In this document: one piece after another, positions 27,051 to 40,906 of the stretch
Numbering within the stretch: the stretch's first letter is position 1
Layout of the letters: every line of letters begins with the position of its first letter
Assembly (NCBI GenBank): GCA_951406725.2
Contig: OX597839.1
Location: 19,654,001 to 19,718,000, forward strand
From: Octopus vulgaris
Lineage: Eukaryota
Direction of reading: 5' to 3'
DNA length: 64,000 nt
Notes under the pieces: generated by a model
Told to the model about the DNA's origin: nothing
Seen by the model: the letters and a program-made list of their open reading frames with translations, nothing else
The model's database searches: none
Translations under genes and position numbers: made by a program

Positions 27051-27064
27051 TAATAACAATAACG

Positions 27065-27132
<68 letters not shown>

Positions 27133-27300
27133 TGATATTATCGCCGTCGTTGTCGTCGATGTTATCGTGTTCATAGTGGTGGAAATCTTCATCATCATCA
27201 TCATCATTATAATCTCCCAAACAGAATCTTCGTCGTCGACGTCATCATCACCATCACCACCACCATCATCATCTTCATCATCATCACCACCACCATTATG
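26690..27300. repeat. Compound trinucleotide microsatellites (TTA/TCA/AAT/CAC)
   Basis: Direct reading. Similar tracts at 8040-8137 and 29430-29700. Confidence 0.9.
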
Positions 27301-27336
27301 CACTTCAGCCCAACCACTGCAAATATGTTTCTTGTA

Positions 27337-27383
<47 letters not shown>

Positions 27384-27477
27384 TTGTAAAATCTAATGTA
27401 TATAGAATGTGTGTGTGTATATATGTGTATATATATATATATATGTATGCATGTATATATATACATATATATGCATG

Positions 27478-27514
<37 letters not shown>

Positions 27515-27554
27515 ATTCTGCATATTTGGGTTTATAAATGGGTGCGTTTTGTGT

Positions 27555-27732
27555 TTGTATGGCTGCGTGTTAAGAAGTTTGCTTTCGCAGTCACATGGTC
27601 CAGGGTTCTGACCCAGAGTGTGACACTCTAGATAAGTGTGTCTTCTAGTATAGCCTCATGCCAACCAAAGGCTTTTGTGTAGATTTGTTGGACGGAAACT
27701 TGAAAACTGTCGTATAAATGTGTATATATATA

Positions 27733-27819
<87 letters not shown>

Positions 27820-28060
27820 ATATGCACGTGTATGTGTCTGTTAAACACCGGTGTCGGTGTGTTTACCTCCCCGTAAACACACTAGCAGAAGAGACTGGTA
27901 GGATTAGTCAACGGTAAGCAATTTCTCCTTTATGATGAATGTACGTTCATAATACACTCAATTGATTAGTGCAAAGGTGGAGGCGCGTGGCTTAGTGGTT
28001 AGAGTGTCAGCATCATGATTGTAAGATTGTGGTTTCCATTGCTGGACCGCGCGAAACGTT
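27555..28060 (+). mobile_element. Diverged SINE A (27555-27910) and SINE E head (27979-28060)
   Basis: AGATTTGTTGGACGGAAACTTGAAAA and GGAGGCGCGTGGCTTAGTGGTTAGAG. Confidence 0.65.
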
Positions 28061-28569
28061 GGAAAAGAATAGTTAGACCTGGTGAGATTTGAACACGGAA
28101 CATTAAGAGCCAGAATGAATATACAGCAAAGAATGATCCATATTTCTTTTTACTTTCTATCGATCAAATTCTGCCAATCCATCGCGATTACACGACGATG
28201 ACGACAACGACATTCACAAGAAAAAAGAAAATCAACAACAACGAGAAGAACTACAATAAAACCACGTCTGAAATATAAGGCGGGAGCTAAAACAAAATGG
28301 CGTAAAAAGTGACAGTCACTAAATTATATTCGATGTTTGCAAGAAATATTTTAGTCAAAAAAAAAAAAAGAAACAATATAAAAATACAAAAAAACGAATA
28401 AACGAAACAGAGAAATAAACGAATAAATATACAAATACAGAAAAATGTAGAAATTATGGAATGAAGGAAGAAAATACTACCACAACCCACCTCCCCCAAA
28501 CAAATACTAATTCTTACAAAACGCAGCCCTGAAGATGACAAAAAATACGAAAAATATTAAACAAAAACG

Positions 28570-28632
<63 letters not shown>

Positions 28633-28684
28633 CGTTTACGAAATTACGAATCAATTTTTTATATTAAATTCCTTAAAACATTTC

Positions 28685-28720
<36 letters not shown>

Positions 28721-29095
28721 AGACAATACGGAAAAAAGGGTGGTGCGGGAGCAAGATTATAAAATGATACTTTGGATTTTTTAGAAAATTATATTAAATG
28801 ACACCCGTTCCTTCCCCTTCCGCATGACTCGGCCTGGTGTCACACGGTGCCTTTCAATAACTAATCAGGAATTATAGAGATATAGCACAGAGTGCATGCG
28901 GGAGTGCATATGTCGACAATGGCGATGAGCACTCAGAAGTGATCGCGGTTTTAATCATACATTGATCCACACAGGTGTATATATATATATATATATACAC
29001 ACACACATATATATATTTATATATGCATATATATACATATAGATAGAGATATATAGACATACATACGCACATCACTCTCTCTCTCTCTCTCTCTC

Positions 29096-29156
<61 letters not shown>

Positions 29157-29429
29157 CACTCATACACACAAGGAAATTCAAAATGAATGGTAGAAAAATA
29201 AAATAAACATTCCTGTAAGTGATGAATATTTTCTCTTTGTACATTTCATTTTGAAATTACCTGGTGTATGTATGTATGTATGTATGTATGTATGTATGTA
29301 TGCATATATATATATATTTATATATATATATCAGAGTAAATAATATATGTTTGTAAGTCAAACTTTATATTTTTATAAAGTAGCAATATATAAAAAAACG
29401 GAAATACGTACAATATGGCATTATATAAA

Positions 29430-29479
<50 letters not shown>

Positions 29480-29528
29480 CATCATCATCATTATTATTAC
29501 TATCATTATTATTATTATAATAATAATA

Positions 29529-29578
<50 letters not shown>

Positions 29579-29627
29579 CATCATCATCATTATTATCATT
29601 ATTATTACTATCATTATTATTATTATA

Positions 29628-29672
<45 letters not shown>

Positions 29673-30323
29673 GTTATTATTATCATTATCATGATCATCA
29701 TTAATTTATAAATTACATCAATTTATTTATAAATGTATAATCATTTAGTATAACGAAGATAGCTAAGATTTATAACAAATATTTAACAGAAACATCAAGC
29801 AGGTGTATTAGTTTCACGCTGGTGGAGAATGGAAAAAGGGCGAGAATGAAAAATAATAATGGAGAGAGAAAAAAAAGGTAACTTTGCAAAGTTGGTTAAT
29901 AGGGATACACAATTTTAGTGGGTACCGTCTTTGCAGTCACCGGATACCAATGGTGACTAACCTCAGTCAATGTAGATGAACTCCAATTAATTGACTTCAC
30001 TACACACGGTAAATTCTCACTTAGCTGAATCCATATGTGTCTATAGAGACTGAATTGTGTCGGTAGAGAAGAGATAATAAATTTATAAAAATCAGAAGAA
30101 AGATTTACATATCCAGGTTTTATTATACGGTTAATCACGTCTTCCTTTGTCAGTATATATATATATATATACTGATGTAGCACGGAATTTTGTCAGCGAT
30201 AAGGTCACGGTCTTCAAAGCGACGAAAATATTTAGACAACTTAAGTTTAAATGTTTAAGTGAATTTAAAGGTTTTTGTGTGTTTCTTGAATGGATTATAA
30301 ACACTTTCCACGCTGCAATTGTT

Positions 30324-30370
<47 letters not shown>

Positions 30371-30387
30371 TATATATATATATATGC

Positions 30388-30434
<47 letters not shown>

Positions 30435-30951
30435 TGTATATATATATATATATATAATTATATATACATGTATATAAAACTGTATAAACGCATGTATGTA
30501 TATATGAACATATACGAATGTACGTATGTATGTCGTTATATATACAGAAACAAACACATGCAAACACACACACATACATTCTATCCTTTTATGAATTTCG
30601 ATCAATAGGTTGCGGCCTTGCTGGGGCACCACTAATGTAATCATCTTTCGAAATGGCCTTTGATGACGGTGGCAATTCTTATATTGCTGCACCCCACTGA
30701 GTTTCCTTCTGTGATGTACATTCATATAGGATCTTGGACACCAAAATAAGGTGCTTCTTAAACACAACTACTCTCACTAAAAGTAGATCTTTGAGGTGTT
30801 TTGGTACAGGCGGTGCCCCAGCATGGCCACAGCTCATGAGCTGAAACTAGAATCAATCAATCAATCTGGATCTGAAAATTCCAAGTTATTGTGGTATGTA
30901 GTCCTTACTAGACGACATGGGTAGGTCTTCGGAACATTGCTAACATAATAC

Positions 30952-31370
30952 ATATTTCTTTACTACCCACAAGGGGCTAAACACAGAGGGGACAAACAAG
31001 GACAGACGAAAGGTTTAAGTCGATTACATCGACCCCAGTGCGTAACTAGTGCTTAATTTATCGACCCCGAAAGGATGAAAGGCAAAGTCGACCTCGGCGG
31101 AATTTGAACTCAGAACGTAACGGCAGACGAAATACCTATTTCTTTACTACCCACAAGGGGCTAAACACAGAGGGGACAAACAAGGACAGACGAAAGGATT
31201 AAGTCGATTACATCGACCCCAGTGCGTAACTGGTGCTTAATTTATCGACCCCGAAAGGATGGAAGGCAAAGTCGACCTCGGTGGAATTTGAACTCAGAAC
31301 GTAACGGCAGACGAAATACTGCAAAGCGTTTCGTCAGGCGTGCTAACGTTTCTGCCAGCTCGTCGCCTTT
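30952..31370 (-). mobile_element. SINE family C with tandemly duplicated 3' part, single TSD
   Basis: Two units about 184 bp apart. 16-bp direct repeat ATTGCTAACATAATAC at 30936-30951 and 31371-31386. Confidence 0.92.
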
Positions 31371-31455
31371 ATTGCTAACATAATACCATCGTGGTTTCAC
31401 GGTGCGAATCTGGCTATAAATAATGCTTATAATAAATGTGTGCACGCACGCACGA

Positions 31456-31602
31456 GAAGACGCGTGGCGTAGAGGTTAGGGTATTCGGCACACGACCGTA
31501 AGTTCATGAGTTCAATTCCTGGCGACGCGTTTTGTCCTTGAGCAAGACACTTTATTTCACGTCACTCCAGTCCACTCATGTGGCAAAAATTAGTAGTACC
31601 TG
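31456..31602 (+). mobile_element. SINE family E, 5' half
   Basis: CGCGTGGCGTAGAGGTTAGGG...GTCCTTGAGCAAGACACTTTATTTCACG. Confidence 0.8.
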
Positions 31603-31611
31603 TAAACATAG

Positions 31612-32028
31612 CAGTGGTGTGTTTCCTTTTATAGGACTGTCACGTTAAGTAGACAGTATACAACTGCTGCATTGTTCAACCACTGCTTATATCTCTCTGA
31701 GATATTTAGAAATTTAATATTTCTACTTTTGGTGATCAGTGAATTTACTTCAATGAAATTACATATAGATATATATGTTTACAAAGACTACACAGGTATC
31801 TTCAGCTAGCAGGCCATGCTAAACCAGACTGATGACGAACAAGACTAAGAAGCATGTCATGTCTCTGGATGAAGGCCTAGCTGTTGGGGGTGCTTGTCTC
31901 CCCTTTCTATACATAAGAACACAGGAAAGGTGTCAAGGCCGACAGGAGCGTTAATGCTTCCTAGGGCTAAATATCGGTGGTGTGATTCCCTTCATGGGAC
32001 TGTCACGTTAAGTTGACAGTATACAACT

Positions 32029-32030
<2 letters not shown>
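31612..32030 (+). repeat. PLE-pLTR-like element with partial tandem duplication and decayed hammerhead core
   Basis: GTGGTGTG.TTCC...GGACTGTCACGTTAAGT.GACAGTATACAACTGC occurs near 31614 and 31977. CTGATGA at 31829. Confidence 0.55.
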
Positions 32031-32110
<80 letters not shown>

Positions 32111-32260
32111 TAGATAGATAGAGATATATACGCACACAAACGCACGCCTATATGTACATACAGATGTATATATATATATATATATATATATGTAGGTCCC
32201 GGGTTGATTCGGGGTTAACCACAGTAAGTAAGGTACTCAATACATAGCAGAGTAAAATTA

Positions 32261-32389
32261 ATTTATTATATAGAAGGAGTTCTACAGGACTAGTACTGTT
32301 TCATTCAAGAGAAATCTTCAGGAACATAGGTTCCTGAAGATTTCTCTTGAATGAAACAGTACTAGTCCTGTAGAAGCTCCTTCTATATA

Positions 32390-32395
<6 letters not shown>
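32261..32395. repeat. Near-perfect palindrome (65-bp arms, 4-nt loop) with hammerhead-like core
   Basis: ...GAAATCTTCAGGAAC atag GTTCCTGAAGATTTC... Confidence 0.9.
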
Positions 32396-32463
<68 letters not shown>

Positions 32464-32811
32464 CTGTATACATGCGTATTCATGTATGCTTACAGATATT
32501 TATATGTACCAAATTTCATCAGACCATGACTGCGCGTGCGTTTGTGTATATTATGTATGAATATATAGACTGTAATGTATACTTGCGGAAATTGAGTCAA
32601 AGCGTAAAAATGCTTCAAAGAATCGACATAAATTCTATCCTAATTCCACACCCAAAATTAACAATCGGACCCCGCCCCGTCAGGCCACACCCGAGTAGGT
32701 TCGCCAGCGCACTAAGAAATGCGCAAAGGCATACATCCACAATAATGATGAAACATATATGCGCTAGTATGTGTCTATATCTTTATATGTGTCTGTGTAG
32801 GTACATATATA

Positions 32812-33208
32812 TTTACTCTTTTACTCTTTTACTTGTTTCAGTCATTTGACTGTGGCCATGCTGGAGCACCGCCTTTAGTCGAGCAAATCGACCCCGGGAC
32901 TTATTCTTTTGTAAGCCCAGTACTTATTCTATCGGTCTCTTATGCCGAACCGCTAAGTGACGGGGACGTAAACACACCAGCATCGGTTGTCAAGCAATGC
33001 TAGGGGGACAAACACACATACATCTATTTATATATACATATATACGACAGGCTTCTTTCAGTTTCCATCTACTAAATCCACTCACAAGGCATTGGTCGGC
33101 CCGGGGCTATAGCAGAAGACACTTGCCCAAGATGCCACGCAGTGGGACTGAACCCGGAACCATGTGGTTGGTAAACAAGCTACTTACCACACAGCCACTC
33201 TTGCGCCT
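32812..33208 (-). mobile_element. SINE family A, full length
   Basis: Reverse complement of the consensus. Short head duplication AGCCACTCTTGCGCCTAT follows. Confidence 0.92.
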
Positions 33209-33245
33209 ATTAGCCACTCTTGCGCCTATATATATATATACTTTA

Positions 33246-33435
33246 TTTAAAGCAGCAGAAAATTCAACAAAACCTGTTACTCTGAGTTTCCCGTTGCCGT
33301 TTATCGGACAGTTTTTGCTAGAATGGAACCGATATGTGAATTCACATATCGGTTCCATTCTAGCAAAAACTGTCCGCAGAAGGGCAACGGGAAACTCAGA
33401 GTAACAGGTTTTGTTGAATTTTCTGCTGCTTTAAA
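33246..33435. repeat. Spacer-less palindrome (95-bp arms) with hammerhead-like motif
   Basis: Centre GATATGTGAA|TTCACATATC at 33340/33341. The arms differ at only a few positions. Confidence 0.93.
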
Positions 33436-33535
33436 AAAGCATATTACTCTACCACTGGTATTTGAGTACTCTTTTTTCCACATTGTTTCACATTTATGTG
33501 TTTTCTCCGGTATATATATATAAATATATGTATGA

Positions 33536-33600
<65 letters not shown>

Positions 33601-33603
<3 letters not shown>

Positions 33604-33908
33604 AAGCGCAATGGCCCAGTAGTTAGGGCTGCGGACTCGCGGTCGTAGGGTCGCGGATTCGATTCCCAGGCCGTCCGTTGTGAGTGTTTATTGAGCGAAA
33701 ACACCTACAGCTCCACGAGACTCCGGCATGGGGTGGTGGCGAACCCTGCTGTACTCTTTCACCACAACTTTCTCTCACTCTTTCTTTCTCTTTCTGCTGT
33801 ACCTGTATTTCAAAAGACCATCCTTGTCGCACTCGTTAATTCTATGAGCAGGCTGTTCCGTTGATCGGATAAACTAGAACCCTCGTCGTCGTAACCGACG
33901 GAGTGCTA
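33601..33908 (+). mobile_element. SINE family B, tail variant 2, internally deleted
   Basis: Head as 14188 and tail CCCTCGTCGTCGTAACCGACGGAGTGCT. Confidence 0.88.
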
Positions 33909-34555
33909 CCACACGCATACATACATACATACATACATACATACATACATACATACATACATACATACATACATACATACATACATACGTGTGGGCAGGG
34001 GCGTCGTTTAATATTTAGCGTGTTGCAGCCGGGGTCGTAAGATCGTGGTTTGGAACACGAAACCAGAAGAGCGTAGTATCCTGAAGCAAGATACTTCACG
34101 TTGCCGTAACCCAATCAGCCGGCAAACATGAGTAATCTTGTGACGGACGAGTTTCTCGTCCATGATCGGGAATATTTACGCCACAGAATCCAGAAAAGCG
34201 GTCCTATGAGACTATGACTTCTGATTATATATATATTAGTATGACTTATAGATATATTAGTATGTTTAGTTACGTATTTGGGAGTTGGTTATAGGCTTAC
34301 TTATGGAATTTTTTTTATTGATACTGTTGTACATAGGATAAATGATTTTGGAAGTTGTGGTTTCTTTGGTATGTTTGTTCCGAAACGGCACTTAATTTTG
34401 TGATGTTAACACCGCCGGATTGAATGGTACTGCCCATGTGTCGAAACCATAAGGATATCCGTGGGGCAGCTGATGATGGAATATGTTGGATTGCTGGTAT
34501 ATCTGTTTTTGTATACGTGGTATTGTAACACATAGTATTGTAACACAAACTTTTG

Positions 34556-34586
<31 letters not shown>

Positions 34587-34587
34587 G

Positions 34588-34622
<35 letters not shown>

Positions 34623-34722
34623 GTTGCCCAAGGTGCCACACAGTGGGACGGAACGCAGAACAATGTGGTTGAGAAGCAAACATTTTACCATACACCTACA
34701 CCTGCGCCTACAAAAATAACCT

Positions 34723-34795
34723 CGTCCAACGTGAGTTTCGAACCCACATCCCCGTGTTTAAGAGCCTCGTGCTGTACCGACTGAGCTAAATCTAT
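34723..34795 (-). pseudogene. tRNA-Lys(CTT) pseudogene or tRNA-Lys-derived SINE head
   Basis: Minus strand TAGCTCAGTCGGTACAGCACGAGGCTCTTAAACACGGGGATGTGGGTTCGAAACTCACGTTGGACG aligns to eukaryotic tRNA-Lys-CTT. Acceptor and anticodon stems are broken. T5 lies just downstream. Confidence 0.75.
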
Positions 34796-35016
34796 ATATA
34801 AGGCGGTGCAAACAGGAAAAATGCAGCTCAATTCCGAGTATATGTATATTTTACATTAGTATTTAGCAGGAGCAACAGACTGACTCAAGAGCCGAGAGTC
34901 TCGTGCGTGGACACTTATGAAACTTTGGTAAGTGCCCTCGTACGAAACCCTCAGCATCTGAGTCACTCTGTTGCTAGATATTAATACACATACATACATA
35001 CACGCAAACACGCATA

Positions 35017-35059
<43 letters not shown>

Positions 35060-35075
35060 ACATATATATATATAT

Positions 35076-35119
<44 letters not shown>

Positions 35120-35424
35120 CATATATATTTACATACATACATATATATATACATACATTTATAAACATGTATACATATATATATATATATACACACAAAA
35201 CACAAACACACCTGTATATTTATATATATATACACTTATACGCACGCACATATATGTTTGTATATATAGCCATATACACAGTGAGACGTTCACATTCACG
35301 CGCACATATGTATATATTAATAATCGTATGTTATTTGTGCATGTGTATGTATATATACATACATATATGTATATATATATATATATATATACACATATAT
35401 GCATACATAAATTTATGCATCTAT

Positions 35425-35475
<51 letters not shown>

Positions 35476-36001
35476 AATTATTTACTCTTATTATATATAT
35501 ATATATAGATAGATAGATAGATAGATATATAGCCCCACGCACTAAATAGCAGTATTCTGTCGTAATATATATATAGGTACACATGAACAATCAACAGTCT
35601 CACACACACATTAACTCGCAACACACACACACATTTAATGAGATCTTGCGTAAAAAATCATTTTTACTTATTCATAGAAAAACCAAAAAGGAAAAAAAAC
35701 CCAAAACAAACACAAACTGAAATGTAATTTGCGAAGTTTAGTCATTATTAATGAGATTGCTGAGACGATCAGCATTCTGAAGGCAATTTTGCTTATTAAA
35801 ATAATTGTGTAATGTTGAAGTAATATAAGCACGAGTGGGGTGTTGACGGTCACAGCAATATATCATTTCGGTTTGATATATCTATCGTTCTAGGTTCGGC
35901 GTAATCAGTTAAACAAGTTCTCTGCATGTGTGTGTGTATATGTGTGTATGTGTGTGTTTTTTTATCTATTCATCGATATATGTACATATATGTTCGTACA
36001 G

Positions 36002-36004
<3 letters not shown>

Positions 36005-36034
<30 letters not shown>

Positions 36035-36446
36035 TGTATGTATGTATGTATGTATGTATGTATGTATGTATGTATGCATGTAAGTATGTATGTATGTATG
36101 TATGTATGTGTGTGTATGTATGTATGTATGTAAGTATGTGTGTATGTATGCATGTGTGTATGTATGTATGTATGTATGTATGCATGTGTGTATGTATGTA
36201 TGCATGTATGTATGTATGTATGTATGTATGTATGTATGTATGTATGCATGTATGCATGTATGTATGTATGTAAGTATGTATGTATGTGTGTATGTATGTA
36301 TGTATGTATGTATGTATGTATGTGCATATGTATGTATGTATGTATGTATGTAAGTATGTATGTATGTATATATGTATAATGTATGTATGTATGTATAATG
36401 TATGTATGTATAATGTATGTATGTATGTATAATGTATGTATGTATG

Positions 36447-36477
<31 letters not shown>

Positions 36478-36534
36478 GTATGTATGTATGTATGTATGTA
36501 TGTATGTATGTATGTATGTATGTATGTATATAGG

Positions 36535-36565
<31 letters not shown>

Positions 36566-36654
36566 GTATGTATGTATGTATGTATGTATGCATGTGTGTA
36601 TGTATGTATGTATGTATGTATGTATGTATGTATGTATGTATGTATGTATGTATG

Positions 36655-36685
<31 letters not shown>

Positions 36686-36762
36686 GTATGTATGTATGTA
36701 TGTATGTATGCTTGTATGTATGTAAGTATGTATGTATGTATGTATGTATGTATGTATGTATG

Positions 36763-36793
<31 letters not shown>

Positions 36794-37110
36794 GTATGTA
36801 TGTATGTATGTATGTATGTGTGTATGTATGTATGTATGTATGTATGTATGTATGTATGTATGTATGTATGTATGTATGTATGTATGTATGCTTGTATGTA
36901 TGTAAGTATGTATGTATGTATGTATGTATGTATGTATGTATGCATGTAAGTATGTATGTATGTATGTATGTATGTATGTATGTATGTATGTATCTATGCA
37001 CACTGTATGTATGTATGTATGTATGCATGTATGTATGTATGTATGCATGTAAGTATGTATGCATGTATGTATGCAATGTATGTATCTATGCGTGCATGTA
37101 TGTATGCTTG
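36005..37110. repeat. (TATG)n microsatellite, about 1.1 kb
   Basis: Direct reading. Confidence 0.95.
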
Positions 37111-37703
37111 AGTACATATGTGTATATATTTATATACATGCACATATATATACAGAGAGATATAGATAGCTATATACATACACACACATATATATATAAT
37201 TATATATTAGACACACACACGTATATATCACACACACACACACATATATATATATATAACACACACGCATATATATATATCACATACACGCTCACACACA
37301 CACATATATATCACACACGTTCACTCACACATATATCAAACACACACATGTGTGTGTGTATCACACTATCTATCTATCTATCTGCTTATCGTTCTGTTTG
37401 TCTCTCTGTCTTTCAGTATTTCTCTCTCTCTCCCTCTCACTCTATCTGTCTATCTATCTATTTATCTATGCAGTATGTGCGCGCATATACACACAAACAC
37501 ACACAAAATGCATGTATATAAATATATTTATATGAAAGTCCTTTACTTAAAATCTTAACTATAAGCACTATCATTTCTTCTCACTTTCTCTCTGTCAGTC
37601 TCTCTCTCTTTCTAAGTCTCTCTTGCTCTCTCTTTGTCACCTCTCTCTCTCTTTCACTCTCCCTCTTTTAGACTTTCTCTTAGTATCGCTCCTTGAATAT
37701 CTT

Positions 37704-37739
<36 letters not shown>

Positions 37740-37970
37740 TCTCTTTCTATCTGTTACTATTTTCCTTTCTCTTATATCTCTTTATCTCTTATTTAGCCTA
37801 TAATTTAGCATCTCTCTCATACTCTCTGAATCACTCTCACCCTTTCTCTTTCAGTCTCTATTAGTCTCTCTTCCCCCCTCTTTCTCTATTAGTCTATCTT
37901 TATTAATTTCTCTCCTTCTCTGTCTTAGTCTTTTCCTCTCTCCTGTAATCTCCTCCCTCTCTCTCTCTCT

Positions 37971-38357
37971 TTTTCTTTCGCCATTTTAGTCTATGCACCT
38001 TAGTCTCTCTCGATCTCACTGTTAGTCTCCTTCTCTTATTCTCTCTCCCGCTCTCTTTACCTCTCTCTCTCTCTATTATTCCCTCTACATCAGTTAGTCT
38101 CTACGTCTGTCTGTTCGTCTCCCTATATTATTCTCTATCTCCCCCTCTCCTTCTCCCTCTCTTTTTCTTTCGCCATTTTAGTCTATGCACCTTAGTCTCT
38201 CTCGATCTCAATGTTAGTCTCCTTCTCTTATTCTCTCTCCCGCTCTCTTTACCTCTCTCTCTCTCTGTCTATTATTCCCTCTACATCAGTTAGTCTCTAC
38301 GTCTGTCTGTTAGTCTCCCTATATTATTCTCTATCTCCTCCTCTCCCTCTCCCTCTC
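37971..38357. repeat. Tandem duplication, period about 192 bp, in a polypyrimidine tract
   Basis: TTTTCTTTCGCCATTTTAGTCTATGCACC at 37971 and 38163. Confidence 0.9.
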
Positions 38358-39024
38358 TGTTTTCCTCTAACCGTTCCTTTCTCAGAGCAACACAGTCTTT
38401 CCATTACACATCTCAAATACTTTTCGCCCAATGTTTATTTTCTTAACACACCAATCTATCTACTTCCAATATATTTACATCGTACAATTACCATTGTCGT
38501 TATACTCAATACCTCCATTTTCTCCAACACACCGACAACCATTTCAAAACACATTCTCTATTACCCTATCACTTTTAAATTTCTAAATTTTACTTTAAAT
38601 TTCATAAACAAAGATACCTTTTCCCATTTTCGCAAACCCATCAATATTGTAGCTTAATGTTGACGGGAGAACAGGAGAAAAATATATTATCTATGTACTT
38701 AGAATAGCATATATGTATTATCAAAACATAATATAAATTATTTCCTATAAGAATCTGATAAAATTTTACATTAAAACATATTAAAAAAATTATTATTATC
38801 TCTGAGTTTTAATATATTTCATAACAATATATTTCACTTTACCACGTTCCGTGTCTAATATAATGAAAAATATAGTTGTGAATTATTATCTATAAGGTTT
38901 AGAGTTTAGAAGGCTTATACCAATACTAGTTTGCAAAGAAGCGAGAAGAATAAACCAAAAGACACGAGTGAAATTCTTCGACAAGAACCATTATTAAATA
39001 AATAAATCATGTTATATTACATCT

Positions 39025-39093
<69 letters not shown>

Positions 39094-39128
39094 ATATATA
39101 CACACACACACACACATACACATATATA

Positions 39129-39234
39129 TGGCTCTGTGGTTGGTTGCTTGTTTACCAACAACGTGGTTGAGAATTCAGTCCCACTGCGTAGCAACTTGGG
39201 CAAGTATATTCTACTATAGCTTGAGGCCGACCAA

Positions 39235-39303
<69 letters not shown>

Positions 39304-39572
39304 CATATACACACACACATATGTACATAGATATGTATGTATGTATTTATGGGCGGCGTGGTCTTGTGGTAAGAAGCTTGCTTCTGAACCACATGGTTCC
39401 GTGTTTAGGGCAACTACGTGGCACCTTGGGTGTCTTCTACTAAAGCCTAGTAAGTGGATGTGGTAGACGGAAACTAAAAGAAGCCCGTCGTATATATATT
39501 TGATTATAAAATTCTTCAAGGCGAAGGCCGATTATACGGCGAGTTTAATGGCTGAAACAAGGAAAAGATACT

Positions 39573-39630
<58 letters not shown>

Positions 39631-40328
39631 CGGTTACTTGAATGTGACCATGCTGGAGCACCGCCCTAAAGGCCTTTTAGTCGAACAAACCGATCACAGG
39701 ACTTATTCTTTGTAAGCCACGTATTTATTCTATCGGTGTCTTTGCCGAACCGCTAGATACTGTTATGAAAATGTACCAACATTGGTTATCAAATGATGGT
39801 GGGGAGGGACAAACAGACACAGACACACACACACAAATATATACATATACATATATATATAGATATATATATAAAATTTAATAAAGTATTATGAACGTTA
39901 TTAAAAATAATAATAATAATGAAGTGACCAGCAGCCAGCAAGTTTAACCTAAATAAGGAAAATATACAAATACATTTGATTACCGAAATACCGGCTTGCT
40001 AGAAATAGGAGTCAAGACTCCAAAGCCACAAGTTTCTCATCTTTAAGATACACGCATGGTGAATGCAATGAATATAATAGAAATAAGCGTTACCATTGCG
40101 TAAACTGCAAAGCAAGAACAGATATCAAACGCGCAAGGTGTAATGAAACGAATATTTGGGTAAATGGTTTATGCAAAGGTAAAGACGCTTTTTATTATAT
40201 TCGTTGCATTCGCCGGACGTGTTTCTTAATAGTGACAAATTAATGGTTTTGGAGTGGTGACTCCAAGTTCTAGCAAGCTAGTATTTCGGTACCCTAATAT
40301 ATTTAAAAATATATATATATATATTTGC

Positions 40329-40393
<65 letters not shown>

Positions 40394-40539
40394 TATACGA
40401 TGGGATATTTTCAGTTTCCTTCTATGAAATCGGCCTGAGGCTATATAATAGAAGACACTTGCCCGAGGTACCATGCAGTGGGGACTGAACCCAGAACTAT
40501 GTGTCTGGAAAGCAAGCTTCATACTACACAACCACGCCT
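39129..40539. mobile_element. Cluster of diverged SINE A fragments (+39129-39237, +39351-39570, -39635-39835, -40396-40539)
   Basis: Family A motifs on both strands, separated by (TA)n and unique sequence. Confidence 0.7.
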
Positions 40540-40906
40540 AGTATATAACCATGTATATATTTACATGTGTATATTTATTATGTATATGTGTCAACTATAC
40601 TTGTAATAATCTTTCTGGTTTTCGGAGGTGTGTATATGTTGGGAATAGACTGCTTTAAAGGGATGTTCAGTAAGCTCGATATAATTCTCAGAATGGGTAA
40701 CTGATGTAAGATTTATATCCAAATGAGATAAACAGAATGATCCACTACATACACTTATATCTAGTATATCACCATTTCATTATTATTCTTATCCCAACGT
40801 ATTGTTTCTTCGCTATATAAACAATCTACTTGTCCTTTGCCCATTATAAGATCGTACATTTTGATGCAAGTGTGATGAAGTGTTACTCCCAGGTAATCAG
40901 TCGCCC

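Noticed and set aside
25747-27303. His/Asn/Asp homopolymer ORFs
   Set aside because: Trinucleotide microsatellites with no domain or splice support.
35926-37521. Long MYVC/HTYI ORFs (also 9924-10814 and 42591-43745)
   Set aside because: Translations of (TATG)n microsatellites.
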